Positions 12,081-22,190 of a stretch of DNA of 64,000 bases are shown piece after piece. The stretch comes from an uncultured delta proteobacterium (GTDB lineage: Bacteria; Desulfobacterota; Desulfobacteria; Desulfobacterales; UBA2156), in NCBI GenBank assembly GCA_963736855.1, contig CAVTQK010000015.1:192001-256000 (forward strand), given 5' to 3'. The notes beneath the pieces are model-generated. The model was not told where the DNA came from. It ran no database searches and worked only from the letters and a program-made list of their open reading frames with translations. Numbering within the stretch: position 1 is the stretch's first letter; every line of letters begins with the position of its first letter. Position numbers and translations under genes: made by a program.

Positions 12081-13691
12081 CTATTTCAGGAGTTGCTCGA
12101 AAAAATCATTCCCTTTGTCGTCAACAATGATAAAGGCCGGGAAATTTTTTACCGTAATCTCGAAGATGGCTTCCATGCCGAGTTCTTCAAACGCTAAAGT
12201 TTTCATCGATATAATGCATTCCTTGCCCAGCCTGGCGGCGGGGCCACCGATGGATCCCAGGTAAAACCCCCCGTATTTTTTACACGATTCGGTGACTATT
12301 TTGGATCGGTTTCCCTTGGCGAGCATGACGAGGGAAGCTCCTTGTTCCTGGAATATGGGAACATAGGCATCCATTCGACCGGCAGTGGTGGGGCCGAAGG
12401 ACCCGGAAGGATACCCCTTGGGTGTTTTGGCCGGGCCCGCATAGTAGATAATATGATCTCTGAAATAAGACGGGAGCCTTTCACCCTTTTCGAGGCTTTC
12501 GTTCAGTCGGGCGTGGGCGATGTCTCGGGCAACCACCAGTTTCCCGGACAAACGCAGACGAGTGGCAACCGGGTACTGAGTCAGGATCGCCCGTATTTCG
12601 TCCATTGGGCGGTTCAGATCGATGAAGACCCCTTCATCTTCAATTGAATCGGGCTTGGGAAGATATTTGGCCGGGTCGGTTTCCATTTGTTCTAAAAAAA
12701 TGCCCTCGGTTGTGATTTTTCCTTTGATGTTCCTATCCGCACTGCAGCTTACTCCCATCCCTACCGGACAGGAAGCGCCGTGCCGGGGAAGGCGGATGAC
12801 GCGTACGTCGAGACAGAAATATTTTCCTCCAAACTGGGCACCGATCCCCAGTTTCCGGGATATTTCCAGAGCTTGTTTTTCAAGAGTCAAATCCCGGAAA
12901 GCCTGACCGCAGGCATTTCCTTTCGTGGGAAGTTTATCCAGGTAACCGGCCGTGGCCAGCTTGACGGTTTTGAGATTCATTTCCGCGGAAAGTCCTCCCA
13001 CGATAAAAGCTAGGTGATAAGGCGGGCAAGCCGCCGTACCCAGGGTTTTCATCTTTTCCATCATGAAGTTAAGGAGCTTTTCCGGCGTCAGAAGGGCCTT
13101 TGTTTCCTGATATAGGAAAGTCTTGTTGGCCGAGCCTCCCCCTTTGGCGATGAATAAAAAATCGTAGGCATTCCCTTCAACGGCGTACAATTCAATCTGG
13201 GCCGGGAGGTTGCAGCCGGTGTTTTTTTCTTCGAACATCGTCAAAGGCGCATTCTGGGAATAGCGCAGGTTGTTTCGGGTGTAGGCGTTGAAGACACCCC
13301 TAGAAATCGCCTCCTCGTCGGGATATCCGGTCCAGACCCGTTGCCCTTTTTTCCCGATCACGATAGCGGTGCCGGTATCCTGGCACATGGGAAACTCTCC
13401 CTCTGCCGATATGACGGCATTCTTCAACATTTCCAAGGCTACATATCGGTCGTTCCTGGAGCTTTCGGGATCTTTCAGGATCGCGGAGAGCTGGTTCAAG
13501 TGGGAAGGTCGCAGCAGATGAGAAACGTCCCTGAAGGCCTGTTCGGTTAAGAGGGTGAGCCCTTCGGATGCCGCTTTCAGTATAGGAATACCCTCGAAAG
13601 ACCCCTCACATACATGATTGTGCGTTAGTAGTCTATACGGCGATACATCTTCCAGGTGCACGATTAAGGGCTGAAAATGAAACTCGACCAT
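12081..13691 (-). CDS. Class I (Fe-S) fumarate hydratase
   Basis: [54 protein letters not shown]. Confidence 0.96.
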   Translation of the reverse strand: MVEFHFQPLIVHLEDVSPYRLLTHNHVCEGSFEGIPILKAASEGLTLLTEQAFRDVSHLLRPSHLNQLSAILKDPESSRNDRYVALEMLKNAVISAEGEFPMCQDTGTAIVIGKKGQRVWTGYPDEEAISRGVFNAYTRNNLRYSQNAPLTMFEEKNTGCNLPAQIELYAVEGNAYDFLFIAKGGGSANKTFLYQETKALLTPEKLLNFMMEKMKTLGTAACPPYHLAFIVGGLSAEMNLKTVKLATAGYLDKLPTKGNACGQAFRDLTLEKQALEISRKLGIGAQFGGKYFCLDVRVIRLPRHGASCPVGMGVSCSADRNIKGKITTEGIFLEQMETDPAKYLPKPDSIEDEGVFIDLNRPMDEIRAILTQYPVATRLRLSGKLVVARDIAHARLNESLEKGERLPSYFRDHIIYYAGPAKTPKGYPSGSFGPTTAGRMDAYVPIFQEQGASLVMLAKGNRSKIVTESCKKYGGFYLGSIGGPAARLGKECIISMKTLAFEELGMEAIFEITVKNFPAFIIVDDKGNDFFEQLLK

Positions 13692-13863
13692 TGGCAAAAT
13701 CCTTTTTCAACGAATGAACCCAATCCCAGTAAAGGGATGAAGGGGCATCTTTAAAAGGATGTCCGTCTGTTGTCAAGGTAAAGAGGGCAAGTTGAGATGC
13801 CCCTTTCTTTTCCGGGCCGTTGGTCGGGATAAAAGAGAAGGCATCCGTATATCGTGAAGAGGG

Positions 13864-14214
13864 TTACCGGAGGCTCGGGTCGAAGACCTTTCTGTCCCTG
13901 AATTCCTCTTGCTTCGCGTCGTTCCACTGGGCCACCGGCCGAAGATATCCCACCACCCGGCTATAGACTTCGCAGGGTTGATAGTTTTTCAAGGAATGGT
14001 CCTTATGGAAACAGGCATCGCATTTCAGATAGAACCGGTCCGGCTCCGGTTCATAAATCCCTCCTCCCTCGATATGGACTCCGTCTACTTGGGGGATTGC
14101 CCGGATGGTTACCGGGGTTCGACAATCATGGCAGTGTCCCACCCATTCCAGAACATCCTTGTCCGCATGGGTATCAAAAAGCTCGAAGAGGCGCTCGCAG
14201 GTCATCATTCCCAT
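13864..14214 (-). CDS. Small stand-alone NrdD-like protein (Zn-ribbon plus glycyl-radical C-terminal motif), 116 aa
   Basis: CHDC...CDAC, then CEVYSRVVGYLRPVAQWNDAKQEEFRDR. AAGGAG RBS before ATG 14214; the longer ORF-track start lies inside the repeat element. Confidence 0.8.
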   Translation of the reverse strand: MGMMTCERLFELFDTHADKDVLEWVGHCHDCRTPVTIRAIPQVDGVHIEGGGIYEPEPDRFYLKCDACFHKDHSLKNYQPCEVYSRVVGYLRPVAQWNDAKQEEFRDRKVFDPSLR

Positions 14215-14239
14215 GGCAATCTCCTTCAAGTGAAATTTT

Positions 14240-14403
14240 GACGGCTTCGTAAAAAGTCCATCTGTCCCGCCAAGGCGGGATTGCACTGCATCCTTCGTCA
14301 TTGCGGCGTACTCATATGTACGCCTCATTCCTCAGGATTTGCGCGCCTTGCATCTGAAGCTTTTTACTTTGCCATCCTAATTTTGAGTTTTTACGATTTC
14401 ATC
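14240..14403. mobile_element. MITE-like palindromic element, copy 1
   Basis: Termini GACGGCTTCGTAAAAAGT ... TTTTTACGATTTCATC; 7-bp direct repeat AAATTTT on both flanks; near-identical to 20750-20902. Confidence 0.85.
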
Positions 14404-14482
14404 AAATTTTGAATATGAGTAAAACAGTCTATATGGTATGTCAAGGAAGAAAAAACACAACATATTGTAATAAGCGCCGGTT

Positions 14483-15334
14483 TCAGTTCAATGTTTTGCG
14501 TAGATAGGAGATGAGATCGTCCGGATGCATATCACCGCGAATGCCGAAGCGGGTTAGAGCGAAATCGTATCGTACCGGATCTTCCGGGCAGATTTGCCGG
14601 AAACGATGCGTCACTTCAAGGGCAGCGGTCATATCGGCTCCTTTTCGGGTAGTGAACCCCAGACGGAGGGAAAGAGCATGCAGATGGGTATCGAGGGGGA
14701 CGATGAGCTTGGAAGCCGGGATCCCTTCCCAACCACCGGGATCAACGGTGTCTTGACGTACCATCCACCGCAGGAAAAGGTTGAGTCGCTTACAGGCGCT
14801 TCCCCGTTCCGGAAGGGGGATCAGATGCCCGCTACATCCGTGTGCGGCTGTGACGATGTGCTGTCCAAAGGCACTCAGGGCACCTTCGACCGTAGCGTCA
14901 TTTTTTGAAAAACCATTAAGAAACAGATGGTTGAGAGATTCATACCTGTTTTGGATATCCCGGATGGCGATAAGCAGGAAGGAGAGATGACGGCCGGTGG
15001 CAAAGCGGTGGATAAATCCATCAAAGGTCTTATGAAGGGTTTCCGGATTCGATTGCGCTAAAAATGCGGACGGAGAGGGACCCATCTTTTCCAATATGGA
15101 GGATACGCTTTTCAAAATTTGTTGTACGCGCCCATATGCCAGCGAAGCCGCTATTATTCCGGCGACTTCCCGATCTTTTGGGTCCGGATAAACATGCAGG
15201 AATTCCACAGGGTCCGGGTGAATGAATGTCCTGAGGTTGTAAGTGCGGTAAAGGGCTTCCAGGCATTCTTTTAAGCTCTTATTATTGCCGCCTCTTGGGG
15301 GGCGTCGGAGACAGCTGTTTGCCTGATGACTCAT
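14483..15334 (-). CDS. TIGR02757/DUF2400-like family protein
   Basis: HPDPVEF, LAYGRV, SACKRLNLFLRWMVR, PLDTH, DPVRYDFAL; start uncertain. Confidence 0.85.
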   Translation of the reverse strand: MSHQANSCLRRPPRGGNNKSLKECLEALYRTYNLRTFIHPDPVEFLHVYPDPKDREVAGIIAASLAYGRVQQILKSVSSILEKMGPSPSAFLAQSNPETLHKTFDGFIHRFATGRHLSFLLIAIRDIQNRYESLNHLFLNGFSKNDATVEGALSAFGQHIVTAAHGCSGHLIPLPERGSACKRLNLFLRWMVRQDTVDPGGWEGIPASKLIVPLDTHLHALSLRLGFTTRKGADMTAALEVTHRFRQICPEDPVRYDFALTRFGIRGDMHPDDLISYLRKTLN

Positions 15335-15417
15335 AGAAACAACTTTACATTAATGGAATTCAAAAGTATATTTAGATTGTATACGATCGATCCAAAAGGG
15401 CACCTAACAGGGGGTTC

Positions 15418-16068
15418 ATGGAACAGCCGACCACCTTGATCTTGGCCACTGCCAATGCGGGAAAGGCAGCCGAGATCCGGGAATTGCTTAAAAATTTTTG
15501 TATTCAGATCAAAATGTTAAGCGATTTCGGGCCGATTCCCGGAGTCGAGGAGGACGGTCTGACTTTCGAGGAAAACGCCTACAAGAAGGCCGGCCACACG
15601 GCTCGGATCCTGGGTTTTCCGGCCTTGGCGGACGATTCCGGACTCATGTTGGAGGGCTTGGCAGGGAGACCAGGGGTTCACTCGGCCCGATATGGGGGTT
15701 TGGATGTTTCGGATCAAACACGGTGCGACCGCCTCCTCGAAGAAATGAAAGGGGTTGCCAACCGTGCGGCTGCTTTTGAATGCGTCATTTCCCTGGCGGT
15801 ACCCACCGGTGCTGCCTTGACATACGTGGGGCGGTGCGAAGGGGTCATCACTGAAGCGACGAAAGGCCAAAACGGCTTCGGATACGACCCGGTTTTTTAT
15901 TATCCGCCCTTGAATAAAACCTTTGCCGAGATGACGCGGGAAGAAAAAAGCCGGGTGAGCCATCGGGGAAAGGCCTTGAGGGAGCTGAAAAGCGAGTTTG
16001 ATAAGGTCTTGATATGGATTAAACAAAATATGCCGATACCGGGAAAATGGGTTTGTCATGGAGGTTAA
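15418..16068 (+). CDS. rdgB: Non-canonical purine NTP pyrophosphatase (RdgB/HAM1)
   Basis: LATANAGK, TFEENAYKKA, LADDSGL, PGVHSARY, GFGYDPVF, SHRGKAL. Confidence 0.95.
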   Translation: MEQPTTLILATANAGKAAEIRELLKNFCIQIKMLSDFGPIPGVEEDGLTFEENAYKKAGHTARILGFPALADDSGLMLEGLAGRPGVHSARYGGLDVSDQTRCDRLLEEMKGVANRAAAFECVISLAVPTGAALTYVGRCEGVITEATKGQNGFGYDPVFYYPPLNKTFAEMTREEKSRVSHRGKALRELKSEFDKVLIWIKQNMPIPGKWVCHGG

Positions 16069-16069
16069 A

Positions 16070-16645
16070 ATGATCGCGGATTTGGTACGGAAAAACAGGA
16101 GCTGTAGGCGCTTTTACCAGAATCACCCCGTTGCGAATGAGACGCTCATGGATTTGGTGAATCTTGCTCGGTTGTCGGCCTCCGCCGCCAACTTGCAGCC
16201 TCTCTGCTACATTCTTTCCAGCGCCCCCCAGTATAATGAAAAAATCTTTTCCTGCCTTGGGTGGGCGGCTTACCTCAAAGATTGGCCGGGTCCGAAGGAA
16301 GGGGAGCAGCCTTCGGCCTACATCATCATCCTGGGAAACACCACCAAAGCCAAGGATTTCGGCTGTGACCACGGCATTGCCGCCCAGAGCATCCTGCTGG
16401 GAGCCCGTGAAGCAGGCCTTGCGGGGTGTATGATCGGTTCCATCAGTCAGGAACCTCTCCGGGACCTTTTCAACATACCGGTGCACCTAAAAATCCTTTT
16501 GGTGATCGCTCTGGGAAAACCCAAGGAGCAGGTGGTCATCGAGGAAGTCGGCCCTGAAGGAGACATCCGGTACTGGAGGGATGAGCAGGGGGTGCATCAC
16601 GTTCCCAAAAGAAACCTGACGGATATCATCATCGCAACTTATTAA
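16070..16645 (+). CDS. Nitroreductase family protein
   Basis: KNRSCRRF, ARLSASAANLQP, DHGIAAQSILL, HHVPKR. Confidence 0.9.
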   Translation: MIADLVRKNRSCRRFYQNHPVANETLMDLVNLARLSASAANLQPLCYILSSAPQYNEKIFSCLGWAAYLKDWPGPKEGEQPSAYIIILGNTTKAKDFGCDHGIAAQSILLGAREAGLAGCMIGSISQEPLRDLFNIPVHLKILLVIALGKPKEQVVIEEVGPEGDIRYWRDEQGVHHVPKRNLTDIIIATY

Positions 16646-16714
16646 AGCGTTTTCTCAACCGAGCCATTAGCCGCTAAGAGAGAAAGAGCAAGCCTGAACG
16701 GATGCTCGAGTCGA

Positions 16715-18715
16715 ATGAAGAAAGGAACACAAGGGGTGTTTGAGAAGAAAAAGGGAGTGGATATCGGTCAGGAAATCGGCGGGATCCATACGGTTGAAGC
16801 AGCTGTTCGGGTGTTCGAAAAAGCCATGACACCTGACCAATATCGGCGGATCCGGGCGATTCAAAATCCGGAAGTGACTGTCAAGATTGCCAATGCCATC
16901 GCGATGTGCACTCCGGACGCGATCTTTGTCAATAGAGGATCCGAAGCTGACCAGGCATTTATTCGGGAGTTGGCTCTTAAAAAACAGGAAGAAAAAAAGC
17001 TCTCCTTGGAAGGACACACCATCCATTTCGATCTCAAGGAGGAGCAAGGACGGATCATCGATCGGACTTTTTATATCAAAAATCCCGGTGAGACCGTCAG
17101 TTCGTTGGCCTTCAGCAAAGATCGGCAGGAGGCACTCATTGACATCCGGGAGAAGATGACGGGGATCATGCGCGGCCACACCATGATCATCGGATTCTAC
17201 ATGCGCGGCCCTATCGGAGCACCGGTTTCCAATCCGGCCCTGGAAATCACCAGCTCGGCGTACGTGTCGCACAGCGCTGAGCTATTATATCGAAATGCCT
17301 ATGCGGTCTTTGACAGCGAAGTGGATCGCCTGGAGCATTTTTATACCAACATCCACAGCGAAGGGCTGAACCGGCCCGAGGACCTTCCCAACGCCCGTGT
17401 CTATATGGATCGGAGCTATCAGACAACCTATTCCATAAATTGTACCTATGCCGGCAACACCCTGTTGCTGAAAAAGGGAAACCACCGGTTTTCCGTGGAT
17501 AAGGCCGTTTACGAAAACCGGGGGCTCGAGCTTTCCGAACACATGTTTATCACCGGAATCAAGGGTGAAAACGGACGGATGACCTGGTTTACCGGCGCAG
17601 CCCCCTCCGGTTGCGGCAAGACCACAACGGCCATGGCAGGGGATTTCTTTGTAGGGGACGACTTGGCCCAGCTTTGGATCGCAACAGACGGGACGATTCG
17701 ATCCGTCAACCCGGAGAGCGGCATATTCGGGATTGTCGAAGATGTCAATGGGGAAGGCGATCCCAAGCTCATAACCTGTCTTCGTCGCCCCGGAACTGAA
17801 GTCATCTGGTCGAATGTTCTCATCGATGAAAACGGCGTGCCCCACTGGACCGGAAACGGGGAACCGGTGCCCGAAAAGGGGTACAATTTTCAGGGTTCCT
17901 GGCATAAAGGAATGAAGGATGCCAATGGGAAACCGATCCCAATATCCCATCCGAATGCGAGATGTACCCTCAGGTCTTCGGCATTGGCTAACTATTCCGA
18001 AGCGGCGGAGGATCCGAAAGGAGTTATTACTCGAGTCATCACTTACAGCGGCCGGGACAGCGACACCATGCCACCGGTGTGGGTGGCAAAAAATCCCCGC
18101 CATGGGGTGGTTATCGGTGCCTGCATCGTTTCGGCGGCCACCGAAACCGAAGTGGGCGCTACGGGGATCAAACGGGCGCCCTGGGCCAATGCCCCGTTTA
18201 CCCCTGGATCTCTTGGGGACTACATGGACGCCCAGTTCGCTTTTTTCGAAAGTGCCCGGATTGCATCGGAGCAGCAACCCATCATGGCGGGATTGAATTA
18301 TTTTTTGACCCATGAGGCTCGGGGTGGATCGTCAAAAACGCTGCTCGGAGAAAAGAAAGACGTCAAGGCCTGGCTCTCCTGGCTCGAAAAACGCGCCCAC
18401 AAAGAGGTAGACGCCATCACCACTCCCATCGGTCTGATCCCCAAATTCGAAGATCTGGCATCGCTTTTTCAAAACAAGGTCGGGAAAGCCTATCCCGAAG
18501 ATCTCTATGTAAAACAGTTTTCGCTTTATATCGATAAGATCACGGCCAGAATCGACCTCCAGAAGGCGGCTTACGGGAAGGAAGCCAATGTGCCCAGAGC
18601 CTTGTTTGAGGTCCTCGAGGAACAACGCCGGGGACTTATGGCCTTGAAAGAAGCATACGGATCCGTGGTTACACCTCGCCGGGTGGCGGCGTTTTCAGAG
18701 CGACATCCGTTTTAA
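16715..18715 (+). CDS. pckG: Phosphoenolpyruvate carboxykinase (GTP)
   Basis: YAGNTLLLKK, LSEHMF, GAAPSGCGKT, VGDDLA, NPESGIFG, HPNARC; start uncertain. Confidence 0.9.
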   Translation: MKKGTQGVFEKKKGVDIGQEIGGIHTVEAAVRVFEKAMTPDQYRRIRAIQNPEVTVKIANAIAMCTPDAIFVNRGSEADQAFIRELALKKQEEKKLSLEGHTIHFDLKEEQGRIIDRTFYIKNPGETVSSLAFSKDRQEALIDIREKMTGIMRGHTMIIGFYMRGPIGAPVSNPALEITSSAYVSHSAELLYRNAYAVFDSEVDRLEHFYTNIHSEGLNRPEDLPNARVYMDRSYQTTYSINCTYAGNTLLLKKGNHRFSVDKAVYENRGLELSEHMFITGIKGENGRMTWFTGAAPSGCGKTTTAMAGDFFVGDDLAQLWIATDGTIRSVNPESGIFGIVEDVNGEGDPKLITCLRRPGTEVIWSNVLIDENGVPHWTGNGEPVPEKGYNFQGSWHKGMKDANGKPIPISHPNARCTLRSSALANYSEAAEDPKGVITRVITYSGRDSDTMPPVWVAKNPRHGVVIGACIVSAATETEVGATGIKRAPWANAPFTPGSLGDYMDAQFAFFESARIASEQQPIMAGLNYFLTHEARGGSSKTLLGEKKDVKAWLSWLEKRAHKEVDAITTPIGLIPKFEDLASLFQNKVGKAYPEDLYVKQFSLYIDKITARIDLQKAAYGKEANVPRALFEVLEEQRRGLMALKEAYGSVVTPRRVAAFSERHPF

Positions 18716-18975
18716 GATCGAAATCCCCGGGAGAGACGGGTCCGCTATTGCCTTGCATTCGACCGTTAACCGGCGCATCCTCGCCGTCTGCTATGAGCGA
18801 TATGACACCTGGGCCAATGTGCCCTTTGCCGCCGTGACTTTCGAGAACGTATTCATTTTCCTGTTTTATATTGGAATCGGATCGGTTTTTTAAAAAACCT
18901 CTTTTAGAGTTTTTCCATGCGCTTTTATCCGTCATGACAAGCGGAGCCATTCTGACGACCTTGAAAGAGACATAA

Positions 18976-20751
18976 ATGGACGAAGACATCCTTTCCCTTG
19001 AAAGCACCGAAAAACAGCTTATACGTCTTTACAAAGAGCGATCCGCTGTTTTGTCTCTTCCTCCGGAACAGGCATTGAGCCGAATTTTGGATGCCGAACA
19101 TCCCGCTGCCCTGGTGCATTCCTTTTCCGATGAAGATTTTTATCTATTGATCCAGGAGATCGGCCCTGAAGATGCCATCGAAATTTTATCGCTGGCCTCG
19201 AACCGGCAATGGGAATTTATCCTGGATATGGAATCCTGGAAAAAGGAACGCTTCGACAGCCCCGGCGTCACCCGTTGGATCGATTATTTGATGAAGGCCG
19301 ATTCCCATCGCCTGGCCCGATGGGTCCTGGAAGAAAAGACCGAATTTTTTAAACTTTTCATTTTTAGAAACCTCGAACTTCGAATCCGGGAACATGACGA
19401 GGATCCCTCCGATCTTGGCGACGATTACATAACCCAGGACGATGTCCTTTATATCCGATTTATTGAATATCCCTTTGATCGACCCCTTTCACCCGATGAA
19501 AAACAAGCGAGGGAAGAGGTTTTAGTGAAATTTTTGAAAAACCTGGCAGAATATGATTATCCGCGATACCAACATCTGATAATGGAATCGGTCCATGTCA
19601 TCCCCGCCGAGTCCGAAGAGGAGATTTACCGCTTGCGTAACGTTCGGATGGCGGAAAATGGATTTTTACCCTACCATGATGCAGTAGGGATCTATCAGGC
19701 CATTGAACCCCTTCGTCTGAAGAAAAAGAAAGGTAAGTTTGTTTCCAAGGGGATCACCGATCTGTTTTTGCCGGTACCGATCGGTTTCTCCAGGGTCCTG
19801 ACTGCAGACAATCTTTTTGCCCGGGCATTGGAAATCCTGAAACCGGAAGCCACATTCCTTCAGATTCAGACCGAGTTTGCCGCTTTGTGCAACCGGATTA
19901 TTTCCGCGGACCAGAAGATTATCCGGGACCGCGAGACGCTCCGGGGGATCGTCAAAAAAGCCTGCGGGTACTTGAGCATCGGAATGGAGAGGCTGTCACC
20001 AAAAAAGGAGAATCTGGAGCCGGCCCGGGCTGCCGCCATGTTGGTCCGGCATTCTCTGGAAGACCTCTTTAGAGTAGGTTTCGGTGCGGCGCAGGAATTG
20101 AAGTGGCGGGCGGAAAAATGGCAAAGGGCTTCCTGGTTTTCAAGCCAGGGTCTTTCCCTGGCCTTTTGGGGAGAACAGGGGCTGGGGGTGCTGGGGGGCC
20201 TGTTGATCCAGAGGCCGCTTTTTTTCGACAATTACCAGACAGGCGTCCTTTACCGGGAATTTACCTCACAGCAAGAAGTGGAAAAGACAAGTCTCGCTCT
20301 GGAAGGGATCATTGCCCTGGATACGCTTTTTTCGCGGTTGAATATCGACGTTACTTCATTTGCCGGCCGGCCGTTTTTCAATTATAAAAATTGCCTATTG
20401 ACCCTCTGGGGAGCACACCATCTTTACCAAAATGGCGGTGGGGATATTGAACGGGCTCAGGTGGCGCCTCTGACGATGCAGGATTTCAGGCGCCTTTTTT
20501 CCCGGCTATGGGAAGGAAAAAAGGAATCCCGCCGCATCCGGCTGACCCTAAAGGCCGATTTCTTAGCATGGCTTTGTGCTCGATCATGCCTTTCAGAAGA
20601 CGAGATCCGTGGACAGGTGGGACTCATTCTGGAAGATCTCTTCTCCGAGGTCGAAAACGAATACCGGGATGTATCCCTCAAAAACCTTGATCCCCGCTAC
20701 ATCCACCTGTTTCTGATCCGAAAACCCGAAAGGCAATCGGTTCAACCATGA
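18976..20751 (+). CDS. Conserved hypothetical protein (DUF6178-like, Desulfobacterota/Myxococcota type)
   Basis: 591-aa ORF; IGPEDA..ILSLAS..QWEFILDMESW, EEEIYRLRNVRMAENGF, GYLSIG, LFRVGF. Confidence 0.6.
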   Translation: MDEDILSLESTEKQLIRLYKERSAVLSLPPEQALSRILDAEHPAALVHSFSDEDFYLLIQEIGPEDAIEILSLASNRQWEFILDMESWKKERFDSPGVTRWIDYLMKADSHRLARWVLEEKTEFFKLFIFRNLELRIREHDEDPSDLGDDYITQDDVLYIRFIEYPFDRPLSPDEKQAREEVLVKFLKNLAEYDYPRYQHLIMESVHVIPAESEEEIYRLRNVRMAENGFLPYHDAVGIYQAIEPLRLKKKKGKFVSKGITDLFLPVPIGFSRVLTADNLFARALEILKPEATFLQIQTEFAALCNRIISADQKIIRDRETLRGIVKKACGYLSIGMERLSPKKENLEPARAAAMLVRHSLEDLFRVGFGAAQELKWRAEKWQRASWFSSQGLSLAFWGEQGLGVLGGLLIQRPLFFDNYQTGVLYREFTSQQEVEKTSLALEGIIALDTLFSRLNIDVTSFAGRPFFNYKNCLLTLWGAHHLYQNGGGDIERAQVAPLTMQDFRRLFSRLWEGKKESRRIRLTLKADFLAWLCARSCLSEDEIRGQVGLILEDLFSEVENEYRDVSLKNLDPRYIHLFLIRKPERQSVQP

Positions 20752-20902
20752 TGGCTTCGTAAAAAGTCCATCTGCTGCGTTGCACTGCATCCTTCGTCAT
20801 TACGGCGTACCCATATGTACGCCTCATTCCTCAGGATTTGCGCGCCTTGCATCTGAAGCTTTTTACTTTGCCATCCTAATTTTGAGTCTTTACGATTTCA
20901 TC
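20750..20902. mobile_element. MITE-like palindromic element, copy 2
   Basis: GATGGCTTCGTAAAAAGT ... TCTTTACGATTTCATC; 6-bp direct repeat AACCAT on both flanks. Confidence 0.88.
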
Positions 20903-22190
20903 AACCATAGAGCCAGCTGCAGGCGATGATCGAGCAGAGGATGCCTGCCACATCCGCGGTGAGGGCCGCCGCCAGAGTATGCCGCATCCTCTTGATCTGG
21001 ATAGCTCCGAAATAGACCGCGATGACGTAAAAGGTGGTTTCGGTACATCCCTGAATCGTCGAAACCAGATAGCCCACATAACTGTCCGGGCCGATGGACG
21101 GATCCTGAATAGTGGATGCCAGGATGGCGTAGGCGCCGGATCCGGACAAGGGCCGCATCAGGGCCATGGGGAGGGCCTCGGCGGGAAGGCCGATCTTTTC
21201 GGTAAAGCCGCCGATCCATCCGACGATGGCTTCCATGGCACCGCTTACCCGAAAGATCCCGACGGCCACGAGAATCGCTACCAGGTAGGGGATGATGCGT
21301 ATCGCTACCTGGAACCCCTCCTTTGCCCCTTCCACAAAGGTTTCATAGATTCGAACCCTGCGAATCACGCCGAAGGATAAAAATCCGGCCATCAGAGCGG
21401 GGAGGATCCATGGGGATATCGCCTTGCCGTAAAAAACGGTCATCGGTATGAAGGCCAGCAAGGAGGTTAAAGCGATCCAGCTGACCCAGGCCGGGTAGGG
21501 CGGGGGCGATGCGATTTCTTCAGTAGATGCCGGCGAAATCGCCCCACGTTCTTTTTCTCCTTGTTGGAAACCTGGGCTTATGGATCGGAAAAAGCGCGCA
21601 TAGAGCTTGGCGGAAAGCACTGCGACCAAAGTGGAACCGGCAGTGGCAAACAGGGTGGTGGGGAGGATGCCGGCAGGATCTGCGGATCCGGATGCGGCCC
21701 GCAGCGCGATGACGCCCGTGGGAAGGAGGGTGACGGAAGAGGTATTGATGGCCAGGAATAAAGCCATGGCATTGGTAGCAGTGCCGCGGCTGGGGTTGAG
21801 CGTATCGAGTTCCTGCATGGCCCGGATCCCGAAGGGGGTGGCTGCATTCCCGAGACCGAGGGCGTTTGCAGAAAGATTCAAGATCATAGCGCCCATGGCC
21901 GGGTGGTCCGGGGGGACTTCCGGAAAAAGGCGCACCATCATCGGCCGGATCAGTCGGGCGAGGATGGTGAGCATGCCTCCGGCTTCGGCTACCTTCATCA
22001 AACCTAAAAAGAGGGTCATGACTCCCACAAGTCCGATGGCTAATTCCACCGCACCTGAGGCTGACTCCACCATCGCCTTGGACAAGACCTCCATGGGAGA
22101 CAGGTCGCCGGTGGTGGGGGTCCATCCGATCTGGCGGGCGGCTCCGAATCCGAAAGCGACTATGACGATGAAAAAAAAGATCAGATTCAC
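20901..22190 (-). CDS. Fused SpmA/SpmB nucleoside-recognition (Gate) membrane protein
   Basis: ANALGLGNAATPFGIRAMQEL (SpmA part); FVEGAKEGF, LMRPLSGSG, TETTFYVIAVYFG (SpmB part). Confidence 0.9.
   Translation of the reverse strand: MNLIFFFIVIVAFGFGAARQIGWTPTTGDLSPMEVLSKAMVESASGAVELAIGLVGVMTLFLGLMKVAEAGGMLTILARLIRPMMVRLFPEVPPDHPAMGAMILNLSANALGLGNAATPFGIRAMQELDTLNPSRGTATNAMALFLAINTSSVTLLPTGVIALRAASGSADPAGILPTTLFATAGSTLVAVLSAKLYARFFRSISPGFQQGEKERGAISPASTEEIASPPPYPAWVSWIALTSLLAFIPMTVFYGKAISPWILPALMAGFLSFGVIRRVRIYETFVEGAKEGFQVAIRIIPYLVAILVAVGIFRVSGAMEAIVGWIGGFTEKIGLPAEALPMALMRPLSGSGAYAILASTIQDPSIGPDSYVGYLVSTIQGCTETTFYVIAVYFGAIQIKRMRHTLAAALTADVAGILCSIIACSWLYG

Noticed and set aside
13740..13805. 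11-bp inverted repeat AAGGGGCATCT...AGATGCCCCTT upstream of the fumarase gene
   Set aside because: The wide spacer and single occurrence do not distinguish an operator, an RNA structure or chance.
14215..14328. N-terminal extension of the NrdD-like ORF (MRRTYEYAAM...), and ORFs 20593-20790 and 30013-30195
   Set aside because: These are translations of the MITE sequence, not real coding regions.
20901..22190. SpmA/SpmB as evidence of sporulation
   Set aside because: The fused form is common in non-sporulating bacteria, and no other sporulation genes are present.
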